Of a stretch of DNA of 34,962 bases, positions 1 through 8,443 are shown piece after piece. The DNA comes from Minisyncoccia bacterium. GTDB lineage: Bacteria; Patescibacteriota; Minisyncoccia; Phycocordibacterales; UBA2100. The stretch spans positions 1 to 34,962 of the forward strand of contig JBAQPT010000124.1 of assembly GCA_049306055.1 (NCBI GenBank), read 5' to 3'. A program made the position numbers and the translations under genes. Positions within the stretch are counted from its first letter, which is position 1, and every line of letters begins with the position of its first letter. Below the pieces are notes generated by a model. It was given only the letters and a program-made list of their open reading frames with translations. It was not told where the DNA came from and made no database searches.

Positions 1-2
1 CG

Positions 3-1103
3 AAAAAGCGGCCGAGTGCGCGTGCTATTAGCGAAGAATTAGATGGTGTCGGAAGCGTGTACAACGCCTTCACTTCAAAAGAACGCACCGCCTACTGGGC
101 GAAAGTGAGCGAGGACTATCTTGATACAGCGCTTGATGTTGTGAGCGACATCTTTCTCAATTCTCTTTTGCCAGCAAAAGAAATCACGAAAGAGCGCGGC
201 GCGATCATTCAGGAGATTGATATGTACGAAGATATGCCGATTCGTACCGTGAATGACGTGTTTGATGCACTCATTTTCGGCACCGAGCATCCACTGGGAC
301 GCACAATTTTGGGGCCGAAGGCAAACATTCGCGCATTTTCTCGAAATGATTTCGCGAAATACTTGCAGCGCAATTACACGCCGCAAAATACAGTTGTCTG
401 CGTTGCCGGTTCCTTTTCAGAAGCAAAAGTGCTTGCGAAAGTGAAAAAAGAATATGGTCGGTTGCCGTCAAACCCAAGCCCGCGATTTCTTCCGATTGCC
501 ATGACACAATCGTCGCCACGTGTTTCGATCAAGGAAAAGAAAACGGATCAGACGCAAATGATTCTTGGTGTTCCTGCGTATCCATTCCTCCACAAGGACG
601 AATTCGCCCTCGAGGTTTTGACGACGATTCTTGGTGCGGGTATGTCGAGCAGAATGTTTATGGAAGTTCGCGAAAAGCGCGGCCTCGCATACTCAGTGCA
701 TGCATGGACGGATAAGTATCCAGATGTTGGCTATTTTGCGGTGCAGGCCGGAGTTGAGCACGGTAAACTTGAACTTGCGCTTCAGACGATGCTCGGAGAA
801 TTTAAGAAAATTGCAAAAACAAAAGTGAGCGCTGAAGAATTGAAGAAAGCGAAGTCGTATTTGAAAGGTACGCTTGCTCTTCGACTCGACACGACGGACT
901 CAGTTGCAGAACATGCGGCGACGTCCCTCATCAATATCGGCAAAATCCGCAGTTTGAAAGAAATTGAAAAAGGAATCGACCGTGTCACTGCGGCAGACAT
1001 CCAAAAGGTTGCAAAAGATATTCTTAAAACTAAGCAATTGAATCTCGCGATCATCGGCCCGCACTCAAATTCAGAAAAATTGCAAACGCTCTTGCGGGTC
1101 TAA
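3..1103 (+). CDS. M16 family (insulinase/pitrilysin-like) peptidase, C-terminal part; 5' end lies outside the window
   Basis: The frame is open from base 3 (KKRPSARAISEELDGVGSVYNAFTSKERTAYWAKV). The pattern is M16-like (NAFTS.E.T.Y; RMFMEVREKRGLAYSV). Stop is TAA at 1101-1103. The GTG at 57 in the ORF track is internal. Confidence 0.8.
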   Translation, partial: KKRPSARAISEELDGVGSVYNAFTSKERTAYWAKVSEDYLDTALDVVSDIFLNSLLPAKEITKERGAIIQEIDMYEDMPIRTVNDVFDALIFGTEHPLGRTILGPKANIRAFSRNDFAKYLQRNYTPQNTVVCVAGSFSEAKVLAKVKKEYGRLPSNPSPRFLPIAMTQSSPRVSIKEKKTDQTQMILGVPAYPFLHKDEFALEVLTTILGAGMSSRMFMEVREKRGLAYSVHAWTDKYPDVGYFAVQAGVEHGKLELALQTMLGEFKKIAKTKVSAEELKKAKSYLKGTLALRLDTTDSVAEHAATSLINIGKIRSLKEIEKGIDRVTAADIQKVAKDILKTKQLNLAIIGPHSNSEKLQTLLRV

Positions 1104-1354
1104 AGTGCCCCTTCGCTCATCAAAATCTCTCGCTTGCGGCTAGTTCCACCGCGATTGTAACTGCCGAGACCACCGTCGGTGCGGACAACACGATGGCATG
1201 GAATCTCAGGATCGTAATTCGTGCGCATGATGGCGCCGACAGCGCGCGCCGCTTTCGAGTTCCCTGCTTTCGTCGCGACTTGCTTGTACGTCATCGAGCC
1301 GCCTTTCGGGATTTTCTTTACTATTGCCATTACTTTTTCGCGGAAGGTTTTCAT
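1100..1354 (-). CDS. MGMT family protein (O6-alkylguanine-DNA alkyltransferase DNA-binding/active-site domain only, 84 aa)
   Basis: Contains the PCHRVV active-site motif in ...YDPEIPCHRVVRTDGGLGSY.... I chose the ATG at 1354 (MKTFREK) because TATACT-N6-ATG lies upstream and this start avoids overlap with the upstream gene, which stops at 1377. The ORF-track start at 1411 is probably an extension. Confidence 0.75.
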   Translation of the reverse strand: MKTFREKVMAIVKKIPKGGSMTYKQVATKAGNSKAARAVGAIMRTNYDPEIPCHRVVRTDGGLGSYNRGGTSRKREILMSEGAL

Positions 1355-1376
1355 ATTTTCAGTATACACGACGCAT

Positions 1377-2192
1377 CTAAAATCCAAGTGAACTTTGCGT
1401 TTCTTTTTCATCTGATTTTATTGGAGACTTTTGCGGCATAAACTTTTGCAACTTTTTACCTACCATTTCTCGATACACGCAGTAATCACACCCATCGCCC
1501 GCCTTGGGAAGCGCGTCGCTTTCCAAACATTCCTTAATCTTCATGAGTGATGGCTCGACCCAGGAATCATTTCCTTTATGCGCAATGAGCGTCACTTCAA
1601 ATTCAAGAAGTCCGTCGAACGCTTTTTTGTCTTTTCCGGCATTTGCGTACACGAAGAAGCCGGTGTCAGAAACGGTGAAGCCATTTTGGCGGAAGAGCCA
1701 TTGATACACTTCCATCTGCTTTTTGTATCCGTCATGCCAATCCTTGTCGAGCGCCTCGATTTTTTCGTCTTTGCTGGTTGATTTGTAGTCGACAATCATG
1801 AGTTCGCCCGCAGGGTTTACCCAGACATCGTCGATAGCGCCAGAAACGGTAAATCCTGTCGCCGAATGCTTGCAATCAATGCCTTTGAAATTCTCTCGCC
1901 AAATGTCCATTTTTGGGTGCTCAAAGGGAACGGCATCAATACCATATTGCTCCATCAAAGGATGCGCGGTCTTCCCTTTACGATGAATGTCGAACTCTTT
2001 TTTTAAGAGCGCGTCGACGGCGCTGTTCAAGTTGAACGGAAAGCCGGGCGGACGGGCGGTGCCGAGTTTGTTATCGATATAAAAACACCGTGCGCACTCG
2101 GTAAAGAGACCGATTTTTGAACGCGAGAGGCGCCATCGATCACCTCCGTAATTCCAGCCAGGATTACGGTCAGGTTTGTAGTACTGCGACAT
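1377..2192 (-). CDS. PD-(D/E)XK nuclease family protein (Cas4/RecB-like, with Cys clusters)
   Basis: Has an N-terminal CxxC (CARCFY) and a C-terminal CDYC. The core reads IDDVW...MIVDYKST...YKKQMEVYQW, which fits D..(D/E)xK..QxxxY. TGaTATAAT lies 6 nt upstream of the ATG. Confidence 0.7.
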   Translation of the reverse strand: MSQYYKPDRNPGWNYGGDRWRLSRSKIGLFTECARCFYIDNKLGTARPPGFPFNLNSAVDALLKKEFDIHRKGKTAHPLMEQYGIDAVPFEHPKMDIWRENFKGIDCKHSATGFTVSGAIDDVWVNPAGELMIVDYKSTSKDEKIEALDKDWHDGYKKQMEVYQWLFRQNGFTVSDTGFFVYANAGKDKKAFDGLLEFEVTLIAHKGNDSWVEPSLMKIKECLESDALPKAGDGCDYCVYREMVGKKLQKFMPQKSPIKSDEKETQSSLGF

Positions 2193-2221
2193 CGGACGAT
2201 TATATCATCGCAAGCTTTAAT

Positions 2222-2641
2222 TTAGGAGTCATGCAGCTTTTTGAAGTACTGCTCCACAAACCAGAGGCCGAAAAAGATGCTGAGCGTGAGCGCTGACGCG
2301 AAGATCGCGAGCGCGTACAAGCCGAACGCCACAAGGACGCCGACGGAAGCGGAAACCCAGAGGCCTGCAGCTGTCGTAATCCCGTGCACACTTTCGCCGC
2401 GCATAAAAATGAGACCAGCGCCGATGAAGCCAACGCCTTGCACGATACCTTGCGCCACGTCGAGTGATGTCGCGCTTATCGACGCCGCGCCGAGAATGAA
2501 GACACATGCGCCAAGCGAAACAAGTGCATAGGTGCGCATGCCTGCCTGCTGACGCGCGATAACTGAACGCTCAGTACCCATCACAACGCCCAAAAAAGCC
2601 GCGAGGAGCAACTTTCCAAACATGATGAGCATCGGATCCAT
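2222..2641 (-). CDS. MgtC/SapB family membrane protein
   Basis: LLLAAFLGVVMGTERSVIARQQAGMRTYALVSLGA is the MgtC N-terminal signature, and the protein has 4-5 TM helices. The track start at 2662 is a TTG. The ATG at 2641 is preceded by TATCAT-N6. Confidence 0.75.
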   Translation of the reverse strand: MDPMLIMFGKLLLAAFLGVVMGTERSVIARQQAGMRTYALVSLGACVFILGAASISATSLDVAQGIVQGVGFIGAGLIFMRGESVHGITTAAGLWVSASVGVLVAFGLYALAIFASALTLSIFFGLWFVEQYFKKLHDS

Positions 2642-2667
2642 ATCGTAATGATAACCCCGCAAAACGC

Positions 2668-3543
2668 TTATGACACCACAGAGTGCACTCGTGGTGTGAA
2701 TTGATGCGCATCGGTCAGAACTGGTTGGCAGAGGAATTTCGCTTCTTCCATGACTTGCCGCACGCGGTCGGGCTTCACACCGTATTCTTCCAGAAGATGC
2801 GGGCTCTGGACGTGCTTACAGAGCACAATGTTGTTTTCCATGAGGCGATGCTTTTCACTTTCAGTGAGCGTTGTGAGGCAGGTCAAGGGATGTACGCGCG
2901 CTTCTTCGATCATATGCATCAAACCGCGATGATGTGGAAAATCCCATCCGATGAGCGTAAGTCCGGAACACTGTGCATACCGAATCGCATTCCGCGTAAA
3001 GCGCGTATTGGTGACGAGCCATCCCTCGTCGACGCGCGAAGATCTTTCGGGAGATTTTTTTAGATCTTCATAGCGCGCGTGTACGTAGAGCGCGTCTTTG
3101 ATATCAGTTTTTCCGCCGGGCTCATTATGAAATTTTGCTTCAATGCCAATTCGTTTCCCCGCTTTTTCAGCGAGAACATCGACTTCGTGCGGTGCACAGC
3201 GGCCCGTGACAGCTACGCCGGTTTTTGCACGCCAGCCGTGCGCGCGCAAAACTTCCGCCAAGAATTGTTCAAACGGGAACCCGGATGGCCCGAGCGCAAA
3301 GAGCGCGCGCTTAACCGAATAGCGCGCAGCAACCGCCGGCGCAGATTCTTCGCGTAGCATTCCAAACGCGCGCGAGTAAATCTCTTCCGTGCGCATGCCG
3401 TCCTGTAATTCTTTTTCAACGGCGCTCACAATATGCTGACGCGCGTCAACAGACGCTCCAGCGCGCTGCAATGAGTGCTCCAATTTATGTGGATCGAACG
3501 GTTCGCGTTCTCCATCCGCCTTCACGATCCAGATATGTGACAC
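2668..3543 (-). CDS. ATP-cone domain protein fused to a restriction-endonuclease-like (PD-(D/E)XK) domain
   Basis: The N-terminus IWIVKADGEREPFDPHKLEHSLQRAG resembles an ATP-cone. The middle section HEVDVLAEKAGKRIGIEAKF fits D...ExK. GTG start lies 9 nt after the mnmA stop. Confidence 0.65.
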   Translation of the reverse strand: MSHIWIVKADGEREPFDPHKLEHSLQRAGASVDARQHIVSAVEKELQDGMRTEEIYSRAFGMLREESAPAVAARYSVKRALFALGPSGFPFEQFLAEVLRAHGWRAKTGVAVTGRCAPHEVDVLAEKAGKRIGIEAKFHNEPGGKTDIKDALYVHARYEDLKKSPERSSRVDEGWLVTNTRFTRNAIRYAQCSGLTLIGWDFPHHRGLMHMIEEARVHPLTCLTTLTESEKHRLMENNIVLCKHVQSPHLLEEYGVKPDRVRQVMEEAKFLCQPVLTDAHQFTPRVHSVVS

Positions 3544-3552
3544 CGTTCTATT

Positions 3553-4578
3553 CTACGATGAAATGATGCCGCCACCGACCAATTTATCCCCATCATAGAG
3601 GACAAGTGATTGGCCTGGCGGCGCAAGATGTGGCTGATCGAAAGTAACACCATCGTTTTTAAACACGCAGGTCATCGGCGTTTCCCGATAACGAGCTTGT
3701 GCTGAGAGAGACGCTTCATCTTTTGGCGCCTCATTCACCCAACTCTTGTCGAGCAATTTGATTTCCGCTCGCATCGCGCGAGTGCGATCGGTCGAAACGG
3801 TAATCGTATTTGTCTTCGTATCGACGGCAATCACATAATGCGGGACTTCGTGAGATGTTTGCGCATTGATTCGAAATCCGTGTCGTTCGCCGAGAGTGTA
3901 GAGCGCCGCCCCGTCATGCTCGCCAATTTCCGTACCGTTTTCATCGAGCACCTTCCCCTTTTCGAGCGTCACATAGTGCGCGAGAAAATCACGCATGGTA
4001 ATGTCGCCCACGAAGCACAGCCCTTGGCTGTCGTGTTTTTTTGCGACCGGAAGATTGAATTTCTCGGCAAGCGCTCGGACTTCGGGTTTTGTGAGACCTC
4101 CGACTGGAAACAGAATGTGCTGCAAATCATTTTGCGTCAGTTGCCACAAAAAATAGGACTGATCTTTATTCGTGTCTTTGCCGCGATGCAATTCACCGTT
4201 GATATTTTGCGCATAGTGACCGGTTGCAACGCAGCCCGCGCCCTCGGAAAGCGCCCATTTCAGAAATGCACCGAATTTGATATGACGATTGCAAAGAACG
4301 TCCGGATTCGGCGTAATGCCGCGCGCATAATTGGCAACCATGTCGTCGATAACTGTTTTTTTGTATTCCTCGCTTAAGTCGATTTCTTTAAATGGAATCT
4401 CAAGCGTGGCGCATACACGCATCGCGTCAAGCCTGTCTTTTTGCCACGGGCAATCGATAAATTCCGGCCGCCAGATCTTGATGAAAGCGCCGATGACGTT
4501 GTAACCCTCCGCTTTAAGAAGCGCGGCGGAAACGGCGCTATCTACGCCGCCGGAGAGACCAACGAATACCGTTTTCAT
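3553..4578 (-). CDS. mnmA: tRNA 2-thiouridine(34) synthase MnmA
   Basis: Has the PP-loop VGLSGGVDSAV, plus DQSYFL and GLCF motifs. Length is typical. Confidence 0.92.
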   Translation of the reverse strand: MKTVFVGLSGGVDSAVSAALLKAEGYNVIGAFIKIWRPEFIDCPWQKDRLDAMRVCATLEIPFKEIDLSEEYKKTVIDDMVANYARGITPNPDVLCNRHIKFGAFLKWALSEGAGCVATGHYAQNINGELHRGKDTNKDQSYFLWQLTQNDLQHILFPVGGLTKPEVRALAEKFNLPVAKKHDSQGLCFVGDITMRDFLAHYVTLEKGKVLDENGTEIGEHDGAALYTLGERHGFRINAQTSHEVPHYVIAVDTKTNTITVSTDRTRAMRAEIKLLDKSWVNEAPKDEASLSAQARYRETPMTCVFKNDGVTFDQPHLAPPGQSLVLYDGDKLVGGGIISS

Positions 4579-4595
4579 CTCGACACACTACTAAG

Positions 4596-5633
4596 TTATG
4601 TACCGATGTACAATGCTTTCTTCTCCAAATGCTCCTCATACGTTTTTGAGAAATACGTGTTGTGATTGCGATCGGCGAGGTAGAAAAGATAGCCTTCGTC
4701 TATTGGATTTGCAGCGGCGCGCAGGCTTGAGAGCGACGGAGAGCCGATTGCACCTGGTGGCAGGCCTTTGTGGACATAGGTGTTGTACGGATCATTTTTG
4801 TTCTGAAGATCGGCGTTCGTGAGTGTGAATGTCGCGCGACCGATTGAGTAGAGAAATGCCGCATCAACTTGCAGCGCCATGTTGATCTTGATGCGTCGCC
4901 ATAAGACGCCAGCGATACGACGCCGCTCCTCGTATTGAATGCCTTCTTTTTCGAGAATAGATGCCATGATAACGATCTCATTCAGCGGGCGACCGGATTT
5001 TGTAATGTCCCCCATCAGCTCCTGGATCCGCGCGTCGAAATTCTGCCGCAATGCGTCGATCACAATGTCCTCATTTGCGTTCGGCAGGAAGAAATAGGTG
5101 TCAGGAAAAAGAAAGCCTTCTTGCGGCTGCGCTTTTGCAAGGAATTTCTCTTCATCGAAACGTTGCAACTGCGCGCCGAAGATTTTTGCCATGTCGCGCG
5201 TCGTCATGCCTTCTGCGACACGAATACGAATCGGCTCGAGACCGAATGCCCCGGTCGTGATGCGTCGCGCGACGGAGAGAATGTTTGTTGGTTCTTTAAA
5301 CAGATAATCGCCGGCACGAACACCGCGGTCACGGCCAAGAATTTGTACAGCGATTTGAAGCGCGAGCGCTTCCTGGACAACTCCTTGCTCTTCAAGCGCG
5401 CGACTGACGTCCGCAGCCGAGGCTCCTTCGGGAACTGAGATCAGTTCTCCTGTCGGAAATTCTTGCGGCGGAGCGATAACGAAAACGTACGCAACGAGCG
5501 CCGCGAGGCCGCCAGCGATGATAATTCCCATCGAGCGGCGGTTGGAATGCGTGCGCCAATGTTCCGCAATCCGATGCGACTCTTCGTCCACCCATGTCAA
5601 AAAACGCGCGAGGTTCTCTTTGAAGGTATCCAT
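4596..5633 (-). CDS. mltG: endolytic murein transglycosylase MltG (YceG-like)
   Basis: Has an N-terminal TM helix, ASILEKE, NTYVHKGLPPGAIGSP and YLFY...HNTYFSKTYEEH. TAATTT-N7-ATG lies upstream. Confidence 0.88.
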   Translation of the reverse strand: MDTFKENLARFLTWVDEESHRIAEHWRTHSNRRSMGIIIAGGLAALVAYVFVIAPPQEFPTGELISVPEGASAADVSRALEEQGVVQEALALQIAVQILGRDRGVRAGDYLFKEPTNILSVARRITTGAFGLEPIRIRVAEGMTTRDMAKIFGAQLQRFDEEKFLAKAQPQEGFLFPDTYFFLPNANEDIVIDALRQNFDARIQELMGDITKSGRPLNEIVIMASILEKEGIQYEERRRIAGVLWRRIKINMALQVDAAFLYSIGRATFTLTNADLQNKNDPYNTYVHKGLPPGAIGSPSLSSLRAAANPIDEGYLFYLADRNHNTYFSKTYEEHLEKKALYIGT

Positions 5634-5643
5634 TGCAGAAAAA

Positions 5644-7101
5644 TTAGACGGGCAAATTTGACGGGGCTTCGGCTTTCTTCGTCGGAATACGCGCGAGTCC
5701 TGGTGCCTTTACGGTATTGGATGGTGGATGCCAAATCGTCGCAAGTGTTTCGACTGAAAGAACATTAAACGGCGTTTTCCATGGATAGCCGAAGAAGCAA
5801 CGCCGACGATATGCATCAATGAAGCGGCGCGAAAAAAGGCGCCAGCGGATACCATTCCAATCCTGCCATGCGTAGTCGAAAATATTGTGTCCGCGTCGCG
5901 GACGGAACATGCTCATCCAGTTTGGATTTGCATAGGGACGAAAAATCCAGCGCATCGCCGTAAATTCTGGACTGCGCATTTTGTTTGCCGGAGCGCAGTA
6001 AATGCCGCGGATGCCGACTTCAAACGGTAATTTTGAAAGGTGGCGCTCCATCGTGCGGATCTGTTCGGTCTGCTTCCACGTCGGGCGGGGGAAGCCAGCA
6101 TCGTCGGATTGGTCTCCATCATCTTTGAGCTGTGTTGATTCGAGACGAATCTTCTCAACCACGCCCTCAACCGCCTCCTTCCAATCACTCGAGAGATGCG
6201 ATCGGATAACGATCTGGACCCACATTTGCTCTTCTTTATTGCACGTACTCAAGACTTCAATCACCGACGCAAATGGATCGACGCGCAGTTCGTCTTTCGG
6301 ATCCTTGTCGAGTTCGTAGTCGATGTATGTTTTCGGTTGGTACGCATTGATTTCCGCGTAATATTCACTGTCAGGTTCTGGCTGGTCCGCTGATCGCGAT
6401 TCGAGTGGGTATTCGGTTACGAAACACTCGACACTGTCGTCATACACAAATTTTTTCGAATAATCCTCCGCTTCCACAATTTCGACTTCCGGATACTGCG
6501 CGTACAAGTTCATCTCGATCGTGTTGCGAAAGGCGCCCTTTGTCCAAATATAAAAATGGACTTCCCCTCCAAGCGAAACAAGCTCGAAGGAAAAGTAGGG
6601 ACGTTTACCGCCATACCAGTTGCGGTCAATGAAGGTCGTCTCGCTGTAACGAACCCAGAGATTTGAAAACACTTGTTCCATGGCTCGCGGCGATTTCATG
6701 ACATTTGGAGGCATTTTTACTTCAAGCAACACCGGCTCAGTCTTTTTGTAGGTAAAAAGTGATTGTGCGAACCAAATCCACGCGCCCCAAAAGGCGTAGA
6801 TGGCGGCAAACGGACCGTAGACCGGGAATCCAAAGAGAAGCCAGCCGCCGACAAGGGTCGTAAATTCGGGAAGCAAGTTTGCCGTCGCGATGAAAAGCGG
6901 CACATAAATTCCCACCAGAAATCCTCCGCGCGAAATGCACCAATCGCCAACATATTCGACCCACACAGTCAGTGAGAGCCAGTTTTTTGTGATGTCGTGC
7001 CACGCCGTTTTCTCTTCTGGCGCAATAACATGTTCGATTCCGCTTGCAACGGAGCCAAAAATCGCGTCGGCAAATCCCGGTTTTGCCTCCTCATCTGCCA
7101 T
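5644..7101 (-). CDS. hypothetical multi-pass membrane protein with a large C-terminal soluble domain
   Basis: The 485-aa ORF has about 4 N-terminal TM helices followed by a Trp/Arg-rich domain. No catalytic or Walker motif was recognised. TGaTACACT-N6-ATG lies upstream. Confidence 0.6.
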   Translation of the reverse strand: MADEEAKPGFADAIFGSVASGIEHVIAPEEKTAWHDITKNWLSLTVWVEYVGDWCISRGGFLVGIYVPLFIATANLLPEFTTLVGGWLLFGFPVYGPFAAIYAFWGAWIWFAQSLFTYKKTEPVLLEVKMPPNVMKSPRAMEQVFSNLWVRYSETTFIDRNWYGGKRPYFSFELVSLGGEVHFYIWTKGAFRNTIEMNLYAQYPEVEIVEAEDYSKKFVYDDSVECFVTEYPLESRSADQPEPDSEYYAEINAYQPKTYIDYELDKDPKDELRVDPFASVIEVLSTCNKEEQMWVQIVIRSHLSSDWKEAVEGVVEKIRLESTQLKDDGDQSDDAGFPRPTWKQTEQIRTMERHLSKLPFEVGIRGIYCAPANKMRSPEFTAMRWIFRPYANPNWMSMFRPRRGHNIFDYAWQDWNGIRWRLFSRRFIDAYRRRCFFGYPWKTPFNVLSVETLATIWHPPSNTVKAPGLARIPTKKAEAPSNLPV

Positions 7102-7138
7102 TACAGCAGTGTATCAGAAAACGCGCAGGACTTGGAGA

Positions 7139-8185
7139 TTATCCCCGCGCAGCAATGTACTTCCCTTCGTTGTCACGTTTGAATTCGCTGTGCTGGAGAT
7201 TGACGACGATCGTCGCGTCTTTGACGTAGCGTTCGCGCTTCACGCGATCGATAATCTCATCGCGGGTGAGCGCGCCATCACGAGCGAGAATGTTGCGGAT
7301 GACTTCGCGAACAACGCCTGGAGCGTAACCCCATTCCTTGAGTGCGTAGAGACCGCGGCCGACAAGAACGAAGCGGCCGTCTTTGATGAGTTCGTTGTGT
7401 GTTGTTGCCGGATGTGCTTCGCGCTTGAAGAGATTACGGATGCCACCAGCGACTTCGGTGAAGTGCATCGGAGAACCGTGACGCTTGAGCGTGAGATAGG
7501 CGAAATCGCGCGTGTTCTTGATGCGAACATGCGGGCTTTCAACGCGACCCCACTCGCCGAGCGGATTGCGTCCGAGTCGCTTGGAAAGCGCAAGCCAACG
7601 TTTCAACACCTCTTCGTCACGTGCTTTTGCGCCCGCGTCTTTGAGATTCTTAGAAAATTCTGCAAGGAAATCGTCCTCCGGCATAAGTGCCATCGGCTCG
7701 ATTGATTCGTACAAACGTGAAAGCGCATTCTCGACAGCTTCCATGATGGATGCATCCACGTGCCAGCGGCGATGAAAATCAGCGTCTTCACGCTTCTCGC
7801 CAAAATGATGACCAACGGTGAGAAGGAAGAGAATATGGCTGCGATCCGCGTCCGACTTCGGAACTTCCGCAAGAATGATGCTTTCAGGGAGCGCACCGCC
7901 CAATTCGGCGATGGCTTTCTTCAATTCCTCCATCGTCTTTGCGTGCTGCGTGTAGGCGCCTGAATCGCGGACCGAGGCAATACCGCTGGATTCGATCTGG
8001 CGGATGCGTTCGCGGGTAATGCCGTATTCCTTGCCGATAGCCTCAAGCGTGCGGCCCTTGCCACCCTGGAGGCCGAAACGGTCGGTCAAAACGCGACGAA
8101 CACGCTCTGGAAGACCCCCGAGGAGGTCTTTGGTGACGTGCTTTGGTGAAAACGAAACACTCTGCGCTCGCTTGTTGGTTGTCAT
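7139..8185 (-). CDS. sigma-70 region-4-like HTH protein with a C-terminal HARE-HTH-like winged helix
   Basis: RVLTDRFGLQGGKGRTLEAIGKEYGITRERIRQIESSGI resembles sigma region 4.2. The C-terminus HFTEVAGGIRNLF...LIKDGRFVLVGRGLYALKEW is HARE-HTH-like. Confidence 0.65.
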   Translation of the reverse strand: MTTNKRAQSVSFSPKHVTKDLLGGLPERVRRVLTDRFGLQGGKGRTLEAIGKEYGITRERIRQIESSGIASVRDSGAYTQHAKTMEELKKAIAELGGALPESIILAEVPKSDADRSHILFLLTVGHHFGEKREDADFHRRWHVDASIMEAVENALSRLYESIEPMALMPEDDFLAEFSKNLKDAGAKARDEEVLKRWLALSKRLGRNPLGEWGRVESPHVRIKNTRDFAYLTLKRHGSPMHFTEVAGGIRNLFKREAHPATTHNELIKDGRFVLVGRGLYALKEWGYAPGVVREVIRNILARDGALTRDEIIDRVKRERYVKDATIVVNLQHSEFKRDNEGKYIAARG

Positions 8186-8287
8186 GGCAATTTAAATAGT
8201 TGGTGGAAATTGTTGAGAATTGACTTGCGTCTTTTCCGTGACATACCTTATATCAATACCGGCCTCATGTGTCAAGCGGTAGTCAAG

Positions 8288-8375
8288 GATAATTTTCTAC
8301 TGAAAATTTCCTTGACCCTGCCTCGCGCTGTCGCGCTCCGGCCTTGCGTTGGGGCCCCACCCCCAACTCACACCT
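8288..8375 (+). repeat. Structured intergenic module, copy X (family of 5 in this window)
   Basis: Ordered blocks: AATTTTCTACTG / AAAATTTCC / CCCTGCCTCGC (8316-8326) / hairpin GCGC-tgtc-GCGC / GCTCCGGCCTTGC (8335-8347) / hairpin TTGGGG-N6-CCCCAA (8349-8366). 8339-8364 matches 34245-34270 at 24 of 26 positions. Confidence 0.8.
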
Positions 8376-8443
8376 CTATCCACACGAAACCCCCAAACGC
8401 CATCGTTCTACCGTGTTACGAGCTAAAAAGCAAGGGTGGTAGT

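Noticed and set aside
6935-7705. Long antisense ORFs inside recognised genes (for example 6935-7705, 11156-11869, 14045-14797, 15609-16301, 16801-17766, 18407-18952, 21953-22609, 29106-29954, 32133-32789)
   Set aside because: Each lies opposite a confidently identified or better-supported gene. They have biased Arg/Ser/Cys-rich composition and lack start signals. They are shadow ORFs.
8210-8443. N-terminal extensions of several ORF-track entries (dnaB from 8210; 33374-34324; 17911-18489; 17430-18089; 19840-20961; 23477-26104; 26630-27601; 27966-30038; 31035-31775)
   Set aside because: The extensions run through intergenic repeats, terminators or neighbouring genes, and have Arg/Cys-rich composition that is unlike real protein. 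Internal ATGs with an SD or a TAnnnT-N6 signal give proteins that start at the conserved N-termini.
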